A stretch of DNA of 63,290 nt, counting the filler, from Pirum gemmata (lineage: Eukaryota): the NCBI GenBank assembly GCA_002812295.1. It is 12 parts of 12 records of this genome, joined end to end, with 100 filler letters (N's around TTAATTAATTAA, not from the genome) between each part and the next. Parts side by side here need not be neighbours in the genome. Positions count along the whole stretch, not along the records: positions 47,493 to 52,790 come from PDIN01000653.1; positions 52,891 to 58,058 come from PDIN01000654.1; positions 58,159 to 63,290 come from PDIN01000655.1; 9 more parts are not named here. The stretch is one strand, 5' to 3'. The position numbers and the translations under genes were made by a program. Shown here in pieces: positions 50,892 to 63,290 of this stretch (position 1 is its first letter; each line of letters begins with the position of its first letter). The notes below the pieces were generated by a model that did no database searches, was not told the DNA's origin, and worked only from the letters and a program-made list of their open reading frames with translations.

Positions 50892-51502
50892 TGTTACTTT
50901 TGCCGTTACTAACCTGAAATGTAGTAAAATCACCATCATCATCATCATGTACATCGATATCACTATTAACAAATAGATTTTTAGTATTATTAACAATGTC
51001 ATAATTAATAACTAATTTAACATTATCATTCTCATAATCAGTAATAAACTTAATCGTTGCCACATTACCATTCGTAATAATAGTATAATTCATAATTGAC
51101 GGGCTTTCAATAATCATATTATCGTAATTAAGATTAGGACTAGTACTATAACTACTACAAGAAACAACATTACCATTAATAACAGTATAATTCATAATCG
51201 TATTTTTATTGACACTAATATCATTATTAGTACTAGCATACATACTAATTGGCTCCACATCTCCGTCAGTAATAACAGTATAATTCATGATATTAATATT
51301 ATTAATACTATAATTAGTATTGATACTATTAGCAAATTTAATGCCAATATTATCAATAGCGGAACCACTACTACCACCACTAGCAATAATAATATAATTC
51401 ATTACGTTATTATTTTTCTTGTTATTAATTATATTAATACTATGTCGTTATTAATTATTGTATTAATATTATTGTTATTAACATTAATATTAATATCATT
51501 AG

Positions 51503-51547
<45 letters not shown>

Positions 51548-51597
51548 GACTACTACGACTACTACGACTACTACGACTACTACGACTACTACGACTA

Positions 51598-51660
<63 letters not shown>

Positions 51661-52049
51661 GTATTATTATTTATAATATTAGTATTATTATCAATAATAG
51701 GGTTTGCACCGTGGAAACGAAATGAGGTTTTTGTAAAAACATGATGAACAAAAGTGGAAGCGTCAACGTAAAAAGTGGAATTGTAACTCTTATTGTCTGT
51801 TTTATCTTCTTTGCAGCCATAATGGTCGGATTCAAAAACAAAACGACAATGTTTTACATCATAATAAAAAAAACGATTGATGACTAAAGTACAAGTGGAA
51901 TAGTTATAATCGAAAGTAGGTGGGGCAGTTAGAGTATAGTTAAGTACATCATGATACCAGATGGCATTACTGTTGTTGTTGTTGTTGTTGTTGTTGTTGC
52001 TATTGTTGCTGTTGTTGTTGCTATTGTTGTTGTTGTTGTTGTCGTTATT

Positions 52050-52139
<90 letters not shown>

Positions 52140-52635
52140 AACGTTGTCGTTGTATTTAACAGTGGCCTCCGCAATTACTTGTTGCTGAAAACCACCGAAC
52201 GGATAAACACAATTTAATTCTTTATCACTTTTTTGGATAACAAAGTTAGTAATAGTTTTACCTAATGCATTTGGTTTTAGAAGGCCTTCATTAATATTTA
52301 AATCAAGAAAACGTATTAAAGATTCATTGATTATCTTTTCTGGTACAAGGCAGTTATTGTTATTGTTATTGTTATTGTTATTGTTATTGTTATTGTTATT
52401 GTTATTAATACTGTTATTGTTATTGTTATTGTTATTGTTATTGTTATTGTTATTGTTATTGTTATTGTTATTGTTATTGTTATTGTTATNTATTGTTATT
52501 GTTATTGTTATTGTTATTGTTATTGTTATTGTTATTGTTATTATTATTGTTATTATGGTTTGACGACCATACACAAGTACATTGTATACTAAACAGAATG
52601 CACAAAAGAATAAATCGTTTGAGTAACTGCAACAT
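50167..52635 (-). CDS. Secreted Asn/Ser-rich protein with four (I)MNYxxI..G repeats; frame broken near 52490 (N base) and near 51445; 3' end uncertain
   Basis: ATG at 52635 gives signal peptide MLQLLKRFILLCILFSIQCTC; non-repetitive Cys-containing blocks in ORFs 51429-52574 and 50167-51402. Confidence 0.6.
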
Positions 52636-52698
52636 TGTTATTATTATTAGTATTAGTATTAGTTAGTATAATATTAGTATTTGTATTAGTATTAGTAT

Positions 52699-52734
<36 letters not shown>

Positions 52735-55207
52735 CAGTAGAAGTAGCACTAGTAGTAGTAGTAGTAGTAGTAATAGTAGTAGTAATAGTANNNNNNNNNN
52801 NNNNNNNNNNNNNNNNNNNNNNNNNNNNNNNNNNTTAATTAATTAANNNNNNNNNNNNNNNNNNNNNNNNNNNNNNNNNNNNNNNNNNNNTATTATTATA
52901 TTATTATTATTATTATTATTAGTATTATCGTATTATCATTATTATTATTATTACTATTATTAACATTATTATTATTATTATAAATTTATCATTATTATTA
53001 TTATTATTATTCTATAGCAGAAGTAGACTTCAAGTAGTCGCTGCAATGAATAGTAGTCCACTCTAGCTAGACTAGTTCTATCTCCTAACTAATCTTCATA
53101 AACCAACTTTGACTATGCATAGGGTACTTTGAAGTATGGGGTAGGTCAGGGGTAGGAACTGTGGTAGGAGTGTGGTAGACTAGGTCGCATGTTTTTGAAG
53201 AGGAACTGTGGTAGGAGTACTACAGCTGGTACTACTTTATACTATGGTCTCACGTTTGAAGTTTGAAGTCTTATTAAACAGCGATATTAACATTTTTCAT
53301 TGACAAATTTGTTAAATTCAAGAGTATTCACAGAGCTATTCACAGCCACCTTAATTTAGTGGCAGTGAGCCAATTGGTCTCAACAAAATTCACCCTTTTT
53401 TTTTTTCTGGAAAAATTCAGAAGAAAAATTTATTTTATTGTAGACTAGACCTATTTTTTTTTTTTTTAACAGCCAAGAACTCAGCCAAGCCAGATAAACT
53501 TTTTAAAAACCTTTAATGCTAACTAGCCAAATTATTATTACAAACTGGCCATTAGTTCATAATAGAGTTTTCTTATTTATACTATTTCTCAAATTTTGGT
53601 AGTAGTTTTATTGAAATTGGTTCATTTTAAGATTTTAATGTATGATAGACTAATCGATTTTTACAGTATTTTTACACTGGGTTTTATAAATAGATTACGC
53701 AACTTTTCTGTTTTTACAGCGATGATGAGGGAACATTCAGTAATGATGTCATCATATTTATCAAGTGGAAATTCTAAGCCTTCAGATTGTAATATAAGCC
53801 ATTAAAATGGAAATCTCGAAAAGGGTATTTTCAAAAAGTGACGTCATTAATTAATGTTTCCTTTGTATGATGATAAGTCTTGTAGACTATCACTAGCTAG
53901 ATAAGCTCTACTGCTGTAGGTTGTAGGGCTAGCTAGCTAGTTGTAGGCTGTATGTAGTAGCGCTGTAGTCTATTCCACTGGACTCTTCAACGCATCATTG
54001 GCACAATTTCCGCACAACCAGCTACTCCCACAAACCTACTAGTAGCTAGCTAGCCAGCTTAGAGGGGCACAAACAGACAAACAGCCTAGTCTACTAGCTA
54101 GCACAAACAGCTGGGCAGTCGAGATGGGTCTACACAGTTTTACACCGAACCGAAAGAAACAGTGATATTATTAAAACTACGTAATTCACAATTGAAATCA
54201 TAAGAAGTTAACTATGTTACTAGAGTGCTTTTCAGTTATTTTGTCATCATAAAATATACAATAAAGAGTACCAGATTAATACAATATAAATCCATTTAAT
54301 TTAATTCGGTATGTTTTATTTTCTATATATTCATTTAAACATGTCAATTTAAATGTTATAACCCCCCAAATAAATATTCAGAGTGACAAAATAAATGAAA
54401 AGCACAATATTACTATAACGAATCCTACCATACTATCTAGCTAGTAGTGTACTAAGTAACAAAGTCTAACTATCATCCCCCCACTAGCTAATATTATTAT
54501 TATTATAGAGAGGTTTTTTACTGGTTTTTTGTTTTTTTATCATCTTTTATCTATATCGATAGTAGTATAATCATAGATACATCATTATATCTGATATATA
54601 AAAATGATATCAGTAATAATAATAAGAGGTTTAAATTAAAATTTTATTAATACCGGCAGTCTAGAGGTTTACTTTTTTTTAAAATAGTAAGGAGAAACTA
54701 GAAGGAGAAATTTAGTTATTTTATTGTCCTGTTTTCCTTTTTCTAGAAAAAGGTGGAGCAGTAGGTTACAGTTATCCGATATATAGTTAATTATAGTTGC
54801 AGTTTGTTGACTTGTTTCATAATACTTTGGATATTTGATTGTCGTTCGGATTTAACTTGTAAATGACCTCGGTCTAAATGAAAATACCAATGTACCAGAG
54901 CTACCGGGGTCCAGGTTAGACTATATAATGATATCATAATAATATCTATGAATGCTTTAATTATGCTTATCGAACTGCAGTAAATACTCTAGCTATCAGA
55001 TAGCTAGCTACTAGAGCTAGCTAGAGTAGTAGAGAGTAGTAGTAGTATGATATTATGATAGTTTAAAAAATCATAGTTAGCCAGAGCATCATGAGCATGT
55101 ATCACAGATACATAATAAAAATAAAAGGCTGAGACTGTGAGCTACAAAGCTAGCTAGGTGGACTTCGGACTTGTGGCTCATTTTTTATTGTCTGTCCAGA
55201 AAAAAAA

Positions 55208-55238
<31 letters not shown>

Positions 55239-55558
55239 CAAAAAAACCTAAAAAAACTTTTTTTAAAAAAATTGTTTTTCAATATTTCCTTATTAGTTTA
55301 AATCGCAAACCCAGCAGTGGCGAGCACCCCTCTTAACCAATAAAAGTTTTTGAGCCAGTTTTACCTTTAGAAGAGAGACTCGAGCTAGTAGTAGGCTAGC
55401 TAGTAGGAGGGTAGGAGCGAGTCCGAGAGACTGTAGCTAGCTACTAGCTAGCCTTAGACACTAACAGACAGTCCTACCTAGCTATTTGGTGTATGATTTA
55501 GGTGGTTGGTTGGGTTATGGTCCTTATGGAACTTATGGGAGGTGAGTTGGTTACAATA

Positions 55559-55635
55559 AATATAGCCAGGGCTTGAACACCTGGTCACATGCTTCTACGG
55601 AGCATTGCTCTTAAACCGAAATGAGCTACTATACT
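55559..55635 (-). pseudogene. tRNA-like sequence (GTA in anticodon position): tRNA pseudogene or SINE head
   Basis: Minus strand folds as AGTATAG/CTATATT acceptor, GCTC/GAGC D-stem, ATGCT-CCGTAGA-AGCAT anticodon arm, CCAGG/CCTGG T-stem; A box TAGCTCA..GG, B box GTTCAAGC; C at position 33, 9-nt T-loop and 12-nt D-loop are non-canonical. Confidence 0.7.
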
Positions 55636-57075
55636 TATTATAACCGGAGTATGTTTTTAGTTTTGGTGGTGTAGTTACACTGTAGTATGATATTAGGGGG
55701 TGTTATATTTGTAAAATTAACCATTTTAGGTTATTATTTATGGTGTAATACTCCATTTTGTGGTATCATAGTTAAATAATTGTGTATGTATATAATGTAT
55801 TTTTTTCACGAATTTATATTATATAATCAATAAACGAAATGTCAACAAAAAAAAAAGATGTTATTGCTGGGTATTGAGTCTAGACTACTCAGGTCCTACT
55901 AGCTAGACTACTATCTACTAGCCTAGCGATGGTACTAGTAGCTAGCTGTAGACAGCTTGACTCGCTTGCACTGGCTTGTAGACCTAGCTTCTGTAGCTAT
56001 GTAGCTATCCTACAAATTTTTTTGGATTTATTTTTGTTGAATAGGGTAAGTAACAACAATGGTTATATTCACCTTATATAGCTCCTTATATATTATATAA
56101 CATAATTTTGTAATATTCATACTTATTATGATACCGATATTATTTAATATTATTTTTAATATTGATACATCCTTGATACATCAGCCAGGATAAACTAATA
56201 TTATATGATATAATATTATTCTCCAACTCATTTTCCTCACATTTTCTCATTTTCTCTACTTCTAAAGTTCTTCCTAATTTTATTAAAGGCTGTGATTTTC
56301 GTGGTGATTTTCTAGTTTACAAAAAAATACAGCTACCAAGGTAGTTAGTTTAGACTCTACAGTTCAGCCAGACAAAGGTCTGTGCACTGGGACCTGGGTC
56401 TGTGCATCATATAAAGTCATATATGGTATGATTTTTAAAATATAATAATGATAACATCATATAATATTCTATAAGTCTTCCGTAGACCTGTGTGGACAAC
56501 TGTGTGCTGTAACAGTTGTGCACGGCTGTGTAGTAGTAGTATTGTGCTTTTCATTTATTTTGTCACTCCGAATATTTATTTGGCTGTTTATAATATATAA
56601 ATTGATACTTTTAAATAAATAAATATATAATAAAATATACCAAATTAAATGCAATGGATTTATATTGTATTAATTTGGTACTATTTATTGTATATTTTAT
56701 GACGACAAAATAACTGAAAAGCACGATAGTATCAAAATGATTATTAGCTTACACAAGTGTGAACAGCTTGTGTAAGCTCTTGTGTAGAACTACTACTAGC
56801 TAGCTATGATAGCTAGCTAGCTACTAGAGAGCAAGTATCATAGAATCATAGTCTCCTACTTAGCTACAAATGTATTGTTGACTTGGCTGCCGGTAGCCGG
56901 TGTAGTTAATGACTGGAGTAATCATGATACCCACTAGCTAGCTAGCTAGCTATAGAGGTAGTAATAGAGCTGTACCAATTTATCGCGATAAGCTACTCTA
57001 CCTACCTACCTAGCTAGAGCTAGCTAATATCAATAGTACTTTAACTGTACTTAGCTATCGATACTAGCTAGGTCA

Positions 57076-57109
<34 letters not shown>

Positions 57110-57123
57110 TATTATTATTATAG

Positions 57124-57185
57124 ATTGTCATTTTAATGGCTTAGATTGCAATTTGAAAGCTTATTATTTTCATCTGATAGGTCAG
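57124..57185 (-). repeat. Dispersed repeat fragment, inverted relative to ~53755-53810
   Basis: CATTTTAATGGCTTA.ATT.CAAT.TGAA.GCTTA matches the reverse complement of 53775-53809. Confidence 0.6.
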
Positions 57186-58006
57186 AGGGTGGAGGTTTCT
57201 GGGGTATTTCTGATGAAGTCATCAATCGAGACTAGTTCGAAATTTCTGAAATTTTTCGATCTAATTTTAAGTATCGACTCACAAATGATTAATTATTGTT
57301 ATTAGAAATTTCATAGAAAAAATTGAAACTCGAATAAAAAAGAATATCATTTCAGGAACGAGCTGTTTGATTCGATTATGTTTTCCCGTATATCCCACCA
57401 GCTCAAAAATAAAAGCCACTCTATGAAATTGTGCAAACAATTTAAAAACGTCCAACTTTCGGATTTCACTAAAATTTTCAGTTTTCGAACATAAGTAATG
57501 TAATAGGTATTTAATAGATTTGAAATTTTCAAACATAAAATGGCAGATTTTTTATTGTGCAGCAGTGCGCGTGCAGTCTTTTGCAAAATTCGAGTATTAT
57601 TGGTTAAAAAAAAAAAAAAAAACTGAAGTATTTCAGTAGTATTTCTCTAGAAGTATTTCTACTAAATTTTCTAGTGAAGTATTTGTAGTCATAAAATAAC
57701 TTTTATTGGTTGAACTAAAAAAAAGTGTAAAATAATAAACAAGTAATAAATTAATAATACATAAAATACATATCTCCAGTATTTTATTATTATTAGTCTA
57801 TTATTATAATTACTACTATCGTGTTTTTATCGTTTAGTATTTTATAAAAAATTTCAATTATACACTTAAAAAACAGTACCAAATTAAAGATTGAGAGGAG
57901 AACTATATAACGAAATAGACGATAGTCAACCTACGAATTCGAAATTATTTCAAAAATATTTATTCTACAACACCTAACAGGAGGTTTTATTCAATGCAGT
58001 CTAATA

Positions 58007-58058
58007 TTAGTTAGGGTTAGGGTTAGGGTTAGAGGGTTAGGGTTAGGGTTAGGGTTAG
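58007..58058 (+). repeat. (TTAGGG)n at a contig end; further short arrays at ~1730-1975, 7160-7197, 7694-7720, 13575-13663, 35304-35330, 43601-43671, 45260-45317, 49546-49600
   Basis: Direct reading of TTAGGG/CCCTAA units. Confidence 0.9.
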
Positions 58059-60171
58059 NNNNNNNNNNNNNNNNNNNNNNNNNNNNNNNNNNNNNNNNNN
58101 NNTTAATTAATTAANNNNNNNNNNNNNNNNNNNNNNNNNNNNNNNNNNNNNNNNNNNNCGGGCTGCCTGGTTTTGTATTCTTTCTATTTTGGCTTGCGAC
58201 GTTTTCGCCATTAGTAATAATTTTTATTTTTACTATTTTATACTTATTTTATATACTATATATAGTTTTATTTTTACCATAAAAAATTATAGTTTTCGTG
58301 GTTCAAAATTGAGTCTCACAGAGAATGTTCTCTAGCTAGTATGTAGCTAGCTAGCTATCTCTGGTAGTAGCTAAGACTAAGCTAACTAGCTAGCTAGACA
58401 TTACAGTTCAATCTTTAATTTGGTACTGTTTAAGTGTATAATTGAGCTTGTTTATAAAACAAAACATTAATTATAAAATACCAAATTAACTAAAAAATGT
58501 CTTATAGTTTAACCATAATAATAATTTGGTACGTTTTAGAGTATATTTCAGTTTTTGAACTATTGAGAAACACGGGTCTACACATGATAGAAGTACTAGA
58601 CTACTAAGCTAGCTAGACCCCAGTAGCCCATTCTCTGTCTAGGCAGTGTCTACTACTAGCTAGCTAGCTAGCTACTACTAGCTAGAGTAGACAGTGAGAA
58701 TAGAGGGGTATACAGTAATTCCAGTTTCAACTACCGAATCGTATCGATAGTTTCACTGGATAGTTTCAACCTATCCATCGCAGACTTACCAAATTTAGGT
58801 AATTTTTTGGCTGTATTATGTGAAACGTGACATACGTCATAAATCCCTCTCAAATTTGGGGGCAATATTACTGAACGCAAAAATCAAAAAAAAAAGGGCA
58901 AGCAAAAAATCTAAAAATAAACATTCCAAATGCTAGCCACTAGCTAGCTAGCTAGAGTCAGACGACTGGTATAGATGATAATCTGGCTAGGATTTATTAG
59001 GATATGATACTAGGGATATGATAGGACACGTATAATCTAGCCTAAATAATCTAGCTAGTAATTAGACTATTATAGTCAGTCTACTATCATAGCTATATTT
59101 ATTTGGTTAGCTATAATATTTAAATTGACATTCTTAAAAATGAATATATAGATAATAAAATATACCAAATTAAATGATATGGGTTTATATTGTATTAATT
59201 TCGTACTATTTATTGTATTAGACCTAATATTGTGCCAGTTTTAAAATATCGTGCTTTTCAGTAGTTTTGTCATCATAAAATATACAATAAAGAGTACCAA
59301 ATTAACAGTATATAAATCCATTTCATTTAATTTGGTATATTTTATTATATATTTATTTTTTTAAAAGTATCAATTTAAAAATATTATAAACAACCAAATA
59401 AATATTCGGTCGGAGTGACAAAATAAATGAAAAGCACAAGTTACAGCAAAAGCTAAGCTGGCGGTCCAAAAGTATACCAAAACAGCCTAGCTAGTAACAA
59501 CTTTAGTAGTAACTTTAGTAACAGTTTAGTTACAGCATGCAATGAAAATACAGAATAAAATACAAAATATTGGTTGCACAACAGCTGTTGGCCTGAGCCC
59601 TGAGGCTTTGAGCTGTTGGCAGAGGGAGGAGGGTGTCTGTGCAGCCAATAAGTCTCTCCCAATTCTGCTCGAGCCCGAAAACTCAACTCAAATTTCTGCT
59701 GTCGAAAAAAATGTCAAAATTCAACCCTGTTCGAAAATAATTTTTTCCATTTTTTCGAGTTTATAAATAAATAAATAAATACACTTGAATGCTTAACTGT
59801 TAGCTTAAAATTTTCGAACTTATTTAATTAATGCATAGGCTCGAAAACTGTACTTCTAACGATACTAGCTAGCTAGAGAGCTGAGCTAGCTCTAGCTAGA
59901 GTAGAGAGTAGCGGACTCACTGTTTCAGTCTCGACTCTCTAGCTAGCTAGCTAGGTCTCTAGACTACTAGCTAGCTATCGATAGTAGTAGCTATGATAGC
60001 TACTAGTAAAAAGTTGAAATATAATCTTTTTTTGTCTAGTTTATTTTTTTCTTTTTTGTATCATAATAAATGATAATATTATGACATTGTCATATATACA
60101 TACATTATTACTATTATATCACTATTATTTGTAAACCATTAATTACCGTATCATCATTTAAAATAAATTAC

Positions 60172-60204
<33 letters not shown>

Positions 60205-61639
60205 CATCATCTTATTTTCATTATCATTGTCATTATTAATTATCATTGTCATCACTAGTTAGTCATTATTATTATTATTATTAGACTATTTAACAGACAA
60301 GCCGGATAAAACTGTAGAAATCAATTTTTTTTAGACTTCTTTTCTAAAAATCTTTTTAATTATAACTAGCCAAATTATTGTTAAAAACTAGTCATTGGTT
60401 CATGACATACTTTTTAGTTTTAAAAACAAATTCTAAAATTTTGGTAGCACTTTTGTTATAATTGGATCGTTTTGATATTTTCTGCATTTTTGAGCCCATA
60501 TGGCGGATGTTGCCATTTTTATCCGGCTTGGTAGTTGAAAAAAAAATAATTTCATACCTAGTCCTAGATTCGATCGAGCCCTGTATTATTAGCCATATAT
60601 CATGCCCAAATATAGACCATATGTATGAGACTATGAGTACCGATATGCTAGTACCGATATGTTACCATATGTATGATATACTATATGTATGATCATATAA
60701 AATAAATATCATACATCATTATTATAGTTGCTAACAGAGTTTGAAATTGTGTGAGCTATGCTTTATGTTGTTGTTATTGTTGTTTAACAGTGATAATATA
60801 TAGTGTAATGTGAATTGGTTTTAATTTTAATTTTGATGGTGTTGATTTGTGAGCATACATTGTAGTTGTCGAGGAAGCATATGTATGTTGACCCATGAAT
60901 CGTTGGAGTCGTACCTAGGGAGTCGTACCACATGTGTGATGTTTTGTTACTTTTGTAGGTGAAAGTACTGTGAACAGAAAGTAGGGTGAAAGTATTGTGA
61001 AAATGTTTTCTTATCAGATTGGCATTTCTTCTTTTTAGAAAGGTTAGAGATTAATATCATATATCCTGGTCTGGACTGTGTATCATAGATTCTAAGATTC
61101 TTAGATTCATAGCAGCTTTAGTCTGGAGACTGGCCTGGTGTGTACTAGCTAGCTATGATAGCTAGAGCTATCGATAGACTGTCCTAGCTAGCTAGCTATA
61201 TAGATAGATAGACCGTCTCTAACTAGTAGCTAGCTAGACCCCTCTAGTAGGTAGGCAACCCTCGAGGCTACCCTTACAACCGGGAATAAAGCTGAGAGAC
61301 AGTCATCAATCATTTGTCGAAAGATTCTTTTTTTTTTCTGAAGAAATTCACAGCCACCTACCACACTACCAGTGCTACCACTGCTACCAGTTTGACCATT
61401 TTACCACTAGCTAGCTAGCTAGAGCTAGCCAGTTTATCCACAGGCTACCAGTCACCTACCTTTTTGTTATCATAAAAATTTTAATGATATTTTAATTAAT
61501 ATGATATTTATGATTATAATAGTATTATAGTAGTATTATAATAATAATAGTATAATAATTCACCTTGTAATAATACATTATTCTAGAAAGAATGAATTTA
61601 GTTAGCCAATCTAGCTAGCTGGCAAAATCTCAATATTCC

Positions 61640-62390
61640 ATTACTTCTACCCCTTCAACAAAAAATCACAACTTTTTTTACCAACAACCAATTCACACAA
61701 AACAATATCAAAATACTCAAAAACAAAAGAGGCATCAACATGATTGATCTCCTAACAAAGAGAAACGCCAACCTTATTAAAATTTTTCAACATATTTTCT
61801 CATGCAATATTAATACAAATAACAATCACAACAAATCATGCTGGTCACATTGCTTTCTCAATAACTACCACTCACTCACCAATCAATCACATCATAACTA
61901 CAATCAAAATCTTACTTTATACAACATTAATATTATTATTAGCAACATAAACAGCACAAACAACAATAAATTTTTACCTAACATGGATAATTCACACAAT
62001 CGAAACCCTACAAAATTGCTTCCAATACAAAACAACACAAAACAATTATTAAAACTAGCATACACCTATCAACACTACAACAATAAGTTTTATTACGAAT
62101 TTTACGATAAAAAACAAAATATCTTCATTAACCCAATAATACAACAACAATGTAAAAAATTATATAAAAAAGAAACAACAAAAATATAAACCAAATATAT
62201 AATACTTCCAAATCTACAATTGATCATGACAAACAGTCGTACAAAACAAATAGAAGAAATTTAAATCTCAAAACAAAAACCTTCAATGATAACAACCTAA
62301 ACAACCTGTGAAATATAGAACAAAATGAATGGGAAAAGATATATTAATTAATAAAATATAATTTTAAAAAAATAGAAGAATCAAACTTTT
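61640..62390 (+). pseudogene. A/C-skewed decayed coding tract, possibly a retroelement ORF remnant
   Basis: 149-aa ORF followed by frameshifted protein-like pieces (EQNEWEKILI); composition resembles 8420-8818. Confidence 0.25.
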
Positions 62391-63290
62391 CAATGTCAAT
62401 ATTGACCAGCTGATACTCAGCTGATATTGACTAGCTTATTGACTCCAAAAAGCAACCACAAAAAATTCCACCAACAAAACAAAAAAAACTTTTTCTCAGA
62501 ATAATTTCTTGAAGTCCAACCAACGGAGGCTACGTAGCGGCATGGTAGCGGACAGGGGTACCAGGAACTGGTCTAGTTTTAAAAAACTATAGTAGAGGTC
62601 TAATACTATAAAAATGGTCTTCTATCATATTTTTTTTATATTATGGCTAAAGTATCAATTAAAATAACATGATTTATTTTATATTATTTATTAATATTTT
62701 AATTTATTGATAAAAAATTCATTGACTTAATAAATAAGATGTGGTTTTATATTATAAATACGATGTGGTTTTATATTATAAATAAGTTGCGTAAATGTTT
62801 TGTGTATTCAGAGTTTCTGAATGGATTTTATTATTATGAAAGTATTAGTCTAGTATTAAAACTTACCCTGGCATACTTAGAGAGTGTTCAAATACTACGT
62901 ACCGCCAGCTTCCCAGTCAAATACAGTTTCACGGCAGTTGGCTACCTCTATTAATACTAGTTAGGAACTTAGGATTTTAATAAAGATTTTTCCTACATAG
63001 AAGATTTTTCTATGATATCATATCATATAAAATGATATAATAACAATATTTATATAAAGAAAAGGCTGAAAGAAAAGGAGACTTGCTAGCTAGCTACTAC
63101 TACTAGCTAGCTAGCTAGTAAGTATCATAGTCTACTAGCTATCAATATGGTAGCTAGCTAGTTCTAGGAGACTTGGGGGGCTAAAAAAAATGATTGTCAG
63201 ATAAAAGTCTCTGGCTTTCGTGAGTCTTCATTCTTCAATGCCTATTAAACTAACAAAAAAAAAGACAAAAAAAACTGAAAAAAAACTGCA

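Noticed and set aside
58007..58058. True chromosome end
   Set aside because: Only ~8 units, interrupted; contigs here routinely break at simple repeats and similar arrays are internal elsewhere
1..63290. Non-standard genetic code
   Set aside because: Recognisable genes are open in the standard code and end in TAA, TAG or TGA

Overview
Very AT-rich eukaryotic DNA, probably from a unicellular organism; the species cannot be identified from this sequence. It has GT-AG spliceosomal introns, poly-Asn/poly-Gln proteins and TTAGGG repeats. The window is not contiguous: 12 pieces of about 5.1-5.3 kb are joined by 11 identical artificial 100-bp linkers (N44-TTAATTAATTAA-N44), so adjacency across linkers means nothing. 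Genes I can support, several by manual exon joining: a secreted TULIP/Takeout-like protein, two single-C2H2-finger proteins, a DUF3128/EMI1-like protein, the 7TM and tail of a GABA-B-like class C GPCR, a nitrilase-fold protein apparently lacking catalytic Lys and Cys, an ADCK2-like ABC1/UbiB kinase, a basic Asn-rich protein, a VWA single-pass receptor with an integrin-beta-like tail, and a secreted Asn-rich protein. Intergenic DNA holds several MITE families, foldbacks, a ~165-bp satellite, a tRNA-like element and interstitial telomeric arrays. The most striking pattern is that the (TAGC)-like intergenic sequence parses as chains of TA-[short insert]-TA. The inserts match the terminal bases of TA-flanked elements in this window (GAG...CTC, TCG...CGA, CC...GG), which suggests the DNA was built from stacked transposon excision footprints (inference).
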